Source: Octopus sinensis
Lineage: Eukaryota
Assembly: GCF_006345805.1 (NCBI RefSeq)
Contig: NC_043026.1
Location: 8,866,001 to 8,930,000, forward strand
DNA: 64,000 nt
Direction of reading: 5' to 3'
Shown here: piece by piece, positions 10,148 through 20,855 of the stretch
Position numbering within the stretch: position 1 is the first letter of the stretch
Layout: every line of letters begins with the position of its first letter
Notes under the pieces: generated by a model
Databases searched by the model: none
Told to the model about the DNA's origin: nothing
What the model saw: the letters and a program-made list of their open reading frames with translations, nothing else
Made by a program: the position numbers and the translations under genes

Positions 10148-10428
10148 TCTTTGAGTGTGTAGAAAGAGAAATTTGGCAGAGGCAAGAAAAGGTGAAATTG
10201 TCTCTTCAAATTATCCAGAATTACATTTGAAAACAAAGACTCAAACACATCAATATCTATCCTTCGACATCTTAAAGATCAGAAATGCAAAAAGCTATTC
10301 AAGTATCGAATTCAAATGAAAGAGAATCAGAGAAAAATTGCAAATGATGTGAAATTAATGAATATCGAATAAATGGGGGTAAAAAAATCAATATAAAATA
10401 TCATCAACAGTTTCTTCAAGATCTCTTC

Positions 10429-10742
10429 GTGGTTAGGGCAGCGGACACGCGGTCGTAGAATTGCGGTTTCGATTCCCAGACCGGGCGTTGTGAGTGTTTA
10501 TTGAGCGAAAACACCTAAAAGCTCCACGAGGCCCCGGCAGGGGATGGTGGTGATCCCTGCTGTACTCTTTCACCACAACTTTCTCTCACTCTTACTTCCT
10601 GTTTCTGTTGTACCTGTATTTCAAAGGGCCGGCCTTGTCACTCTGTGTCACGCTGAATGTCCCCGAGAACTACGTTAAGGGTACACGTGTTTGTGGAGTG
10701 CTCATCGTCGTAACCGACGGAGTGCTTCCATCCACTAACAAG
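10429..10742 (+). mobile_element. Second tRNA-headed SINE family in B intron (also from 22037, 34010, 46664, 57817)
   Basis: 5'-clipped tRNA-like head gtggttagggcagcggac(a/t)cgcggtcgtag(a/g)attgcggtttcgattcccagaccgggcg with B-box-like GTTTCGATTCC, followed by a ~250-bp non-tRNA body. Confidence 0.7.
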
Positions 10743-11011
10743 AGATTATTGAAAGTAGTCATTACTCATTTTGCCCCATCTTAGTCATGATTTTTGATAA
10801 TTGAAAATTACCAAATTAGACACTAAACGGGGGGTAAAAATTGATCTGGAATCTAAGAGGAGAAGAATATTGATGGTTAAACACCGAACATCATCCAGAT
10901 AATTTATTAGTAACCTCGATTATTATCGGATTGAGAGTTGAGGGAAAATTTCTTGATAATAAAAAGGACCTGCAACTCCAACAACTATAAGGACAAATTC
11001 CCAGTCCTAAA

Positions 11012-11214
11012 TATATATTTATTTACTCACCACAAGGGGCTACACACTGAGGGGACAAACAAGGCCAGAAAAACGGATTAAGTCGATTATATCGACCCCG
11101 AAAGGATGAAAGGCAAAGTCGACCCCGGCGGAATTTGAACTCAGAACGTAACGGCAGACGAAATACGTCCACGCATTTCGCCCGGGGTGTTAACCCTTCT
11201 GCCAGCTCGCCGCC
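11012..11214 (-). mobile_element. tRNA-derived SINE with 12-bp TSD; single here, head-to-tail dimer in units 2-5 (22621-22980, 34594-34953, 47248-47606, 58401-58760)
   Basis: Full head ggcggcgagctggcagaa...gttcaaattccgccggggtcgactttgcc. TSD cccagtcctaaa at 11000-11011 and 11218-11229. Confidence 0.85.
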
Positions 11215-11579
11215 ATCCCCAGTCCTAAAATATAATGTAGCAATACTCACAAAAATCATAAATCCAAACAAAATAGGAGAAACGGGAAAATACTCATTTT
11301 GCCCCGCTTACTAATTATGTCCCTTACCTTATATCAAGAAACAAGGGTTCGATAAATTATAATAAAGCATTGGATTCTCAGCATTTCTGTGGTTGGAGTT
11401 TATTTTAAGAACATTTCTCCACCTAAAACACACAACAAACAAACTTAAAGAAGAAACGATGGAGCGTGTAGGAGGTTGCCGCCATAGCTAGAAATAGCAG
11501 CCAAATGTGGAACAGATCAAAGGACATCTGAGACACCAAAGTATTAAAAGATTAAATGTTTTCGTTGTTTAATACTTAC

Positions 11580-11747
11580 GGAAATGTCTTTATAAAGGAT
11601 GGTGTTGTTGTTGGAAGTGCGTCAGGTGGTTGAGAAATGTATAATAAATGTGTTTGGGAGTGAATTGAGAGAAATTCTGGCACCAGACATCAAATGTTTG
11701 TCGTAACGTAATGAATGGGGGCGTACGTACGTTTAGTGCGCATGCGT
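11580..11747 (-). promoter_or_regulatory. Putative promoter motif and exon 1 of gene B1
   Basis: TGCGCATGCGT at 11737-11747. Minus-strand donor cc|GTAAGT at 11579. Reverse complement of the A arm. Confidence 0.6.
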
Positions 11748-12115
11748 ATGAAATATTGGTTTCAAATTTTGGCACAACGCCAGCAATATCGGCGGAGGTG
11801 TTGGGGGGGGGGCCTAAGTCGCTTACCTGGACCTCAGTAGACAACTAGTATTTATTTTATTGTGTCCCGCCCCAGCAAAGATATTAAAGGCAAAGTCGAC
11901 CTCGTCGTAATTTACGCATATATACATAAATATCGATGTAGGCACAACACGTGCACCCCACCGATGTCTGGGTGTTTTTTTTTGGGGGGGGGGGGGGGGT
12001 CCCAAAAATGTTTTCGGATTCTGATATCATCGATATAGAATACGATTTTGCCAAACTATCGCGTTTTCGTAGAACACCTATTTACTGTATCTGTAGAAAA
12101 AACGGCCGTTGAAGA

Positions 12116-13553
12116 AAATATCTTACAAATATCTTACAAACTACAGAATTTTCTCAATAAAGCCAAGAGGAAAAGATGTTTTATGTAACACATTCTACCA
12201 GTATACGAAGTTTAAAACTTTTTAGTTACCTAGAAATTATGTTAAAAACTGCCGTTCAAACAGAAAAGATCCCCAATCTTTTTCTTAAACGAGGGACATA
12301 TTCATACGGCACAGAATGTTTTTTTACCTCAATAGACGTGAGTGATTGGTTGAAATTGCCGAAATGCTTGAAATTAAAGACGAAATATCTTACAAACTAC
12401 ACAATTTTCTCAATAAAGCCAAGAGGAAAAGATGTTTTATGTAACACATTCTACCAGTATACGAAGTTTAAAACTTTTTAGTTACCTAGAAATTATGTTA
12501 AAAACTGCCGTTCAAACAGAAAAGATCCCCAATCTGTTTCTTAAACAAGGGACATATTCATACGGCACAGAATGTTTTTTTACCTCAATAGACGTGAGTG
12601 ATTGGTTGAAAATGCCGAAATGCTTGAAATTAAAGACGAAATATCTTACAAACTACAGAATTTTCTCAATAAAGCCAAGAGGAAAAGATGTTTTATGTAA
12701 CACATTCTACCAGTATACGAAGTTTAAAACTTTTTAGTTACCTAGAAATTATGTTAAAAACTGCCGTTCAAACAGAAAAGATCCCCAATCTTTTTCTTAA
12801 ACGAGGGACATATTCATACGGCACAGAATGTTTTTTTACCTCAATAGACGTGAGTGATTGGTTGAAATTGCCGAAATGCTTGAAATTAAAGACGAAATAT
12901 CTTACAAACTACACAATTTTCTCAATAAAGCCAAGAGGAAAAGATGTTTTATGTAACACATTCTACCAGTATACGAAGTTTAAAACTTTTTAGTTACCTA
13001 GAAATTATGTTAAAAACTGCCGTTCAAACAGAAAAGATCCCCAATCTTTTTCTTAAACGAGGGACATATTCATACGGCACAGAATGTTTTTTTACCTCAA
13101 TAGACGTGAGTGATTGGTTGAAATTGCCGAAATGCTTGAAATTAAAGACGAAATATCTTACAAACTACACAATTTTCTCAATAAAGCCAAGAGGAAAAGA
13201 TGTTTTATGTAACACATTCTACCAGTATACGAAGTTTAAAACTTTTTAGTTACCTAGAAATTATGTTAAAAACTGCCGTTCAAACAGAAAAGATCCCCAA
13301 TCTGTTTCTTAAACAAGGGACATATTCATACGGCACAGAATGTTTTTTTTACCTCAATAGACGTGAGTGATTGGTTGAAAATGCCGAAATGCTTGAAATT
13401 AAAGACGAAATATCTTACAAACTACAGAATTTTCTCAATAAAGCCAAGAGGAAAAGATGTTTTATGTAACACATTCTACCAGTATACGAAGTTTAAAACT
13501 TTTTAGTTACCTAGAAATTATGTTAAAAACTGCCGTTCAAACAGAAAAGATCC
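12116..13553. repeat. 256-bp VNTR, 5 full monomers plus partial (unit 2)
   Basis: Anchors 12176, 12432, 12688, 12944, 13200, 13457. Confidence 0.98.
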
Positions 13554-13720
13554 ATAAACTTTGCCTTTCACATTTTTCTGCTGGGGTTCAATAAAATAAA
13601 TACCAGTTGACTACTCGGGTCCATGAAATCGACTGACACTTGACCCTCCCCGAAATTTCTGGTTTTCTACCAAAATCTTTAAAAAACAAAAGAAAAAAAG
13701 AAGAAAAACCAGTATTTCAT

Positions 13721-13882
13721 ACGCATGCGCACTAAGCGTATTTCCGCCTCCATTCATTCATTTGAAAAAACTTGATTTAAGTCGGAATTTCTCTCAATTC
13801 ACTCCCAAACACATTTATAATACATTTCTCAACCACCTGACGCACTTCTAACAACAACACCATCCTTTTTTAAACCATTTCC
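13721..13882 (+). promoter_or_regulatory. Putative promoter motif and exon 1 of gene A2
   Basis: ACGCATGCGCA at 13721, donor at 13883, acceptor AG ending at 15511. Confidence 0.6.
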
Positions 13883-14442
13883 GTAAGTATTAAACTATTT
13901 AATTTCTAAATACTTCCTGTCTCAGATGTCCTTTGATTTGTGCGACATTTGGCTGCTATTTCTAGCTATGGAGGCTACCTTCTACACTTTCCATCATTTT
14001 CCCACGTTTCTTGTGTTTTCACTGTGGATAAATGCCAGAAACGGCCTCAGACTCACCGATATTTTAAATCGTAAACAGAAGCAACCAGGGGCGAAGAATA
14101 GGGTTGAAAAAAAATCATAAATGTGTTTATGAAGAGAAAAACTTCAAAAGATGGGAAAGTGAAACGAGGAGGGTTGTCTTAGGATGTGCTAGAAACAACA
14201 GCCAAATCTCCCTTAAATCACACTTTTTCCTTTGAAAATATTTACAATATTTTATTTTTTTGTTACCGAAAAGGTTTCTCCCATCGTTTTTAAGGGCAAA
14301 AATATGTTTGTTTTTTTTTTTTTTCAAGTGAAAAGTGAAGAGGCTGGTGGTAAATGAAATTTTGAAAATGCGATTTTTCAAAAAAGTTTTTTCAGAATCG
14401 GATCCTCCATAACCAAAAAGTGGGATTCCGTAAAAACAAAAG

Positions 14443-14444
<2 letters not shown>

Positions 14445-14531
<87 letters not shown>
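14445..14531. repeat. (TA)n microsatellite in A intron, longest copy; length varies between units
   Basis: Direct inspection; shorter homologous tracts near 2937, 25184, 37926, 50316, 61199. Confidence 0.98.
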
Positions 14532-14536
<5 letters not shown>

Positions 14537-15240
14537 CAAAATGGGACAAGAACGCAAAACATCCAAATAGACGATACAAAAAACACGGACGGGTCATTGG
14601 AAGCCTTCTTCAGTCAAGAACCGGATCATCCTCGCAATCCATTTTACCCTAACTTATGACGGAAAAATCGGATCTTGTAAATTTTCCGAATGTCCCCCAC
14701 CCCCCGGGTCGTTAGCACAGTTTTTTTTTTTTTTTCATTTTCGTTTTCTACATAGTTACGGACAAAACCCTTTGTAACTTTCGTCCTGTGTTTTGTCCCT
14801 TTATGTTTTAATTGATTTTTGTTAGCCCTTGTGGCCAATAAACGAACGAATTATTATTATTATTTTGTTGTCTTTGAACGACGATAATTTCCTGAAACAG
14901 TGATTCTGTTATAATGGTTTCAATGCATTTAGGGAAGGCCATTTGCTTAGCTGATGTACTTTTTGTAGGCATTTAAACAAGAGGTCTATAATTCCCCTAT
15001 TCATCAATTTCACAATATCATCATCATCATCATCGTTTAGCATCCGTTTTCCATGCTAGCATGGGTTGGACGGTTCAACTGGGGTCTGGGAAGCCAGAAG
15101 GCTGCACCAGGCCCAGTCTGATATGGTAAAGTTTCTACGGCTGGATGCCTTTCCTAACGCCAACCACTCCATGAGTGTAGTGGGTGCTTTTTACGTGCCA
15201 GACGAATCTGGCAAACAGCCATGCCCGGATGGTGCTTTTT

Positions 15241-15302
<62 letters not shown>

Positions 15303-15710
15303 TATATAATGTTGTGCAGTAGGAATGTGTAACTGGAATTTAGAAATATGTTAACTTCACACAAGATTTTCTGATGTAAATTTTAATAAATTAAAAAGTT
15401 CTGTTGTTCAGGTAAATGTTTGTTTCTAGAGTTTATCTCTATGGAAATGTTGAATCTGTATTTTTTTAAGTAGCCTCTATATCTTACACTGTTGTTTCTT
15501 TATTATTTCAGAATATCAGATGACATTGGCATAACTGAAGATACATTCTCATTATTTATCATCTTTTAAAGACCAAAATGAAAATATTGTACAGAACAGA
15601 TATATAAGATTGTTTCTATAAATCTGTGGTGGAATTCCTCTGATATATTTACTCTGAATTGTGTTATTAGCAAACCTTCTGGACATCACTGGCTGGAGTG
15701 TCTACAAGAT

Positions 15711-15834
15711 GTGTCTCTTTGCAAATTAAACTTGGGTAAATTTACTAACGAGTTTTGGGACAAAGGTAACAGTGGACAGAAATACAGCAGTGAAAATACT
15801 TGCAAACAAAAGACTATAGAAGTACAAAGAAGAA

Positions 15835-15872
<38 letters not shown>

Positions 15873-17111
15873 GAGAAACTAAAGGATCTGACTTTTCCAG
15901 AAGAAAAAGGGAAACAAAAATTGTCACATGACTGTGATGTGTGTAAAAAGTCCTTCTCTGAAAAGGGTCACTTGTATAAGCACAAACGTATTCATACGGT
16001 AGAGAAGCCATTTCATTGTGACAACTGTGGTAAATCATTCTCTCAAAAGGGTCGCTTGAATATGCACAAGCGTATTCATACAGGGGAGAAACCATTTCAC
16101 TGTGACATCTGTGGTAAATCATTCTCTCAAAATAATAACTTGACTAAACACAAACGTATTCATACTGGAGAGAAGCCTTATCGTTGTGATGTCTGTGGTA
16201 AATCATTCTCTGACCGAAGTAATTTAAATTCTCACAAGCGTATTCATACAGTAGAGACACCATATTCTTGTGATATCTATGGTAAATCATTCACTCAAAG
16301 TGGGAACTTAGCTAAACACAAACGTTTCCATACAGGAGAGAAGCTATATCAGTGCAACATCTGTGGCAAATCTTTCTCTGCCAGTAGGAACCTAACTACT
16401 CATAAACGTATTCATACAGGAGAGAAGCCATATCAGTGCAACATCTGTGGCAAATCTTTCTCTTCCAGTAGTAACATAACTAAACACAGACGTATTCATA
16501 CAGGAGAAACACCACATTCTTGTGACATCTGTGGTACATCATTCTCTCAAAGTGGGAGTTTAAATGCTCACAAACGTATTCATACAGGAGAGAAGCTGTA
16601 TTACTGCGACATCTGTGGCAAATCTTTCTCTCTTAGTAGTAACCTAACTACACATAAGCGTATTCATACAGGAGAGAAGCCCTATCACTGTGATGTCTGT
16701 GGTACATCATTCTCTCAAAGTGGGAACTTAACTGCTCACAAACGTATTCATACAGGAGAGAAGCTGTATCAGTGCGACATCTGTGGCAAATCTTTCTCTC
16801 TTAGTACGAACCTAACTAGACATAAGCGTATTCATACAGGAGAGAAGCCCTATCACTGTGATGTCTGTGGTACATCATTCTCCTACCAAAGTGCTTTCAT
16901 TTCTCACAAACATATTCATACAGGAGAGACACCATATTCTTGTGATATCTGTGGAAGGTCATTCACTCAACATGGCAACTTAACTTCTCACAAACGTATT
17001 CATACAGGAGAGACACCATATTCTTGTGATATCTGTGGAAGGTCATTCACTCAACGTGGCAACTTAACTTCTCACAAACGTGTTCATCAGGGGAAGAAGC
17101 AATCCCACTGA
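15711..17111 (+). CDS. C2H2 ZNF A2, 14 fingers (finger 5 CDIY, degenerate); start codon uncertain
   Basis: Open frame. Fingers start just after TTG 15921. The listed start is GTG and the first in-frame ATG lies inside finger 2. Confidence 0.85.
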
Positions 17112-19850
17112 TATTTGTGCTAAATCATAATCTGTAAGGGGTGACTGAACCCTTTACCATGCAGATTATTCTGTCGAATGTGAGGGTTATTTATTCCCAT
17201 TATTTTCAATTTGTCCTGCATTAACCCACAGCTTTCAAATTTTGATGATATGATTGTGTATTTTCACAATGACATTGTAGGGTAGGTGTAAGAAGCCGAC
17301 TCTGACTACTTTGATCATAAAATAGGTAGAATATTTGGGCCAGATATGGCTGGTTTAAATTCTAAAGAGTGGACACTAGATGCACCAAGTTGTCTGATCT
17401 GGCAGTGTTTCTACAGCTGGATGCCCTTCCTAATGCCAACCTGTCTGTGAGTGTAGTGGGTGCTTTTTACGTGCCACCTGCACAGGTGCCAGACGAGGCT
17501 GGCAAACGGCCACGATCGGATATTTTAAATACAGTCCTGCCCTGTCTCACTGTAGCATTGCTCTCCGCTAGTCCTGACCTGTATGTTCGACCCCCATTCC
17601 CTGTCTTACTGTATTATTGCTACTGGCTTGCCCTCAACCTATGTCTTCCACCCACATGTAACAAGAAAACTTTTTACACACCCTGCCCCCAACAAACCAA
17701 TCTACATCTCTTTTTCACATTCCTTCCATACACTATGCCTACCTCTCACTCCCCCAATCCTGTCCTCATGGTGCTGTTCATCTGTATCATTGCTATCCGG
17801 TAGCCCCCTGACCCTATATAATACCCAGGTTGTCATCACTCAACACCCCCTACACTCTAATCATGCTTCCTTTGCAGTATCCTATTCCTTTACTACCCAC
17901 AAGGGGCTACACACAGAGAGGAGACAAACAAGGACAGATAAAGGGATTAAGTTGATTACATCGACACCAGTGCGTAACTGGTACTTATTTAATCGACCCC
18001 GAAAGGATGAAAAGCAAAGTCGACCTCGGCGGAATTTGAACACAGAGCCTAAATTTTCTGCCAGCTCGCCGCCTATGCAGTATCCTGTCCCTTATATTAT
18101 GACGTTTGAACATCAAGTGTATGCCCTGGCACTTGCCACCATCTATATCTCCCTCTTCCTTTACTCAACCATCCTCATCTATGCTCTAATCCCCTCCCTA
18201 GTGAATACGCCCATCATTTTGCCACAATGTCCATCGTGTTGTCTCCCACCCTTATCTCCGCCTGCATTTCCCTCAGGCTGGGTAACCATGTATCTCCTTT
18301 GTGGCGGCACACCCTTTCCTGATCTCTCTCTCTCTCTCTCTCTCTGGCCTGGTAAACTTGTACTTCCTCTACAGCAACAGACAGATCACAACAAAAGATG
18401 CTGCCCAACACACAAAACCAAGCCATGAACATGCTACAGAATTTCAACTGTGATACAACTTCCACTGTTCCAGATAGAGTTACTTAAAACTTGCCAAACC
18501 TGTTACTTCACAATTTGTAAGACATTTATATACTCTTTACTCTTTTACTTGTTTCAGTCATTGACTTTGAGTAAGTCCTCAACACCACCGTCTTCCTTTC
18601 AAGCTCTTTTAACCATTTTTTGGGAGCTGTCAAGTCCCACACAAGAAATTCCTTTGCCATTTCAACACAAAGTTCAATTACAGTTCAAAATGTAAGAAAA
18701 TAAAACAAGACACAAAAAAAGAAGGGAAGAAATAAAATAAAAAATAACAGTTCAAAAAAGAGTTCTTTTATTCTTTTAAATAAACGAAAGCTTTGAAGAA
18801 GAGAGTTCAAATCCAGGCAAAGAAATAAATTAATTTTCAGCCGTAAAGGTACTCCTGGCCAAATGTACATAGGTTCCTTGGTATGAATCATTTTTACCTG
18901 TAATTGGTAAAAGAAATCCAAACAAAATACTGGCTACAGCCAACGGTAACTGTAACAGGTTCTAATCATTCGGGCGAGGATACGTCCCTCCACTGTTTTT
19001 GTTTTTTTTATGAATCCAAAATATTCCCACTAAATTCACAAAACAGCAGCCACCGAGAGCAGGCGAAATTTGTTAACAAAAAATAACAATATAACAAATT
19101 ACACCCAGCTCAGATAAAACAAAATCACTGGCCTCGACAACCTTCTCTGTTTTTGTTCTTTTTTCTTGTAATTGGCCAGAGCCAAAACACTCACGTCCAC
19201 CTTGCAAAAACAGTCCTTCCTGCCTTGTACTCCTTGGTAATCCACAGACACGAAGATAATTTTTGCGGAGGGGCTACGCCTCCTCGAAAACACAATTCTC
19301 ACTGCAAAGTGAGTCTTTATAGGCGGCCACAGGCAGGCAAATGTCTGGAGCAGATTGGAGTCTATTACTCACCAAAAAATATTAAATACAGGGCAACAAA
19401 CTCCACTAAACCCTCAAAATATACGACAAACGCCTACCTGTAGTCGAGCCTCAAAGTTCAATATTTCACGACGAAAGACGTGACATCAAGCAGCAAGAAC
19501 TCTCCGCCAAAAACAAACACGTCCGTCTCCGACAAAGGTAAGCAAGCTACTTACCACACAACTACTCCTGTTTACTCAATTTGAAAACTCTTTGTATTGT
19601 CTTTTGTCTCCTGTGTCTGTGTGTGTGCGCCTAAGTTCATATATGAGTAGTGTCCCTTTAATATCACGCAAAAATTGATAAAAATTTGAGAATTAAAATT
19701 AAATATCTTTTTTCTAATTGATAGAATTTTACTAAACCTTTGGATGGCAAATTGAAAATAATGTGAATATATAAACATCACATTCGACAGAATAACGTGC
19801 ATGGTAAAGGGTTTCAGTAACCCCTTAGAGATTATGATTTAGTTTAAATA

Positions 19851-20855
19851 TTAGTGGGATTGCTTCTTCCCCTTATGAACACATTTGTGAGAAGTTAAGC
19901 TGCTATGTTGAGTAAATAACCTTCCACAGATATCACAAGAATATGGTGTCTCTCCTGTATGAATACGTTTATGGGTCATTAGGTTACTACTGGTAGAGAA
20001 AGATTTATTACAGACATCACAAGAATATGGTGTCTCTCCTGTATGAATACGTTTATGTTTATCTAAGTTGCCACTTTGAGAGAATGATTTACCACAGATT
20101 TCACAGTGAAATAGTGTCTCTCCTGTATGAATACGTTTGTGTAAAGTCAAATAAATATTTTGAGAGAATAATTTACCACAGATATCACAAGAATATGGTG
20201 TTTCTCCTGTATGAATACGTCTGTGTCCAGTTAAGTTAGAACTCACGGTGAATGATTTACCACAGATATCACAAGGATATGGTGACTCTCCTGTATGAAT
20301 ACGTTTATGATAAGTTAGAGCACTTTTACCAGGAAATAATTTACCACAGATATTACAGGAATATGGCTTCTTCCCTGTATGAATACGCTTGTGATTAGTT
20401 AAAGCACTTCTTTGAGAGAATGATTTACCACAGATGTCACATTGAAATGGCTTCTCTCCTGTATGACAATGCTGGTGATTACTTAAAACACTTTGGTCAG
20501 AGAATCTTGTACCACAGACACTACAATGATATGGTGACTCTCCTGTATGAATACGTTTATGTTGAGTTAGAGCACTTTTATCAGAAAATGATTTACCACA
20601 GATATTACAGGAATATGGCTTCTCTCCTGTATGAATACGTTTATGTTTAGCTAAGTTGCCACTTTGAGAGAATGATTTACCACAGATATCACAGTGAAAT
20701 GGCTTCTCTCCTGTATGAATACGTTTGTGACTATTTAAGTTACATTTACTTGAGAAAGACTTTTTACACACATCACAGTCATGTGACAATTTTTGTCTCT
20801 CTTTTTTGCTAACTTCTGGTAAAATCTGTTCCTTCACTTTCTCACTCTTTTCCAT
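19851..20855 (-). CDS. C2H2 ZNF B2, 334 aa, 11 fingers, same protein as B1
   Basis: ORF track sequence identical to 8243-9247. Confidence 0.95.
   Translation of the reverse strand: MEKSEKVKEQILPEVSKKERQKLSHDCDVCKKSFSSKCNLNSHKRIHTGEKPFHCDICGKSFSQSGNLAKHKRIHTGEKPYSCNICGKSFSDKSALTQHKRIHTGESPYHCSVCGTRFSDQSVLSNHQHCHTGEKPFQCDICGKSFSQRSALTNHKRIHTGKKPYSCNICGKLFPGKSALTYHKRIHTGESPYPCDICGKSFTVSSNLTGHRRIHTGETPYSCDICGKLFSQNIYLTLHKRIHTGETLFHCEICGKSFSQSGNLDKHKRIHTGETPYSCDVCNKSFSTSSNLMTHKRIHTGETPYSCDICGRLFTQHSSLTSHKCVHKGKKQSH

Noticed and set aside
10027-10370. Possible transposase remnant (MPHEEISR... / CRKRNLAE...)
   Set aside because: No catalytic motif recognised and the frames are broken differently in different units. 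Kept only as one explanation for the 98-bp island.
10429-10490. tRNA gene
   Set aside because: The head is 5'-clipped, has no complete cloverleaf and continues into a SINE body.
11925-12040. DRE-like TATCGATG motifs and poly-G hairpin (tttttggg...cccaaaaa) in the central spacer
   Set aside because: Short, imperfect matches, and the G-run length varies between units. Not enough to call a regulatory site or G-quadruplex.
11412-14034. Inverted arms as terminal inverted repeats of a foldback/MULE transposon carrying the satellite
   Set aside because: The arms fade out inside the introns with no sharp end or TSD, contain matching splice donors, and belong to A/B homology that also covers the acceptor, coding exon and 3' UTR. 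Inverted gene duplication explains them better.
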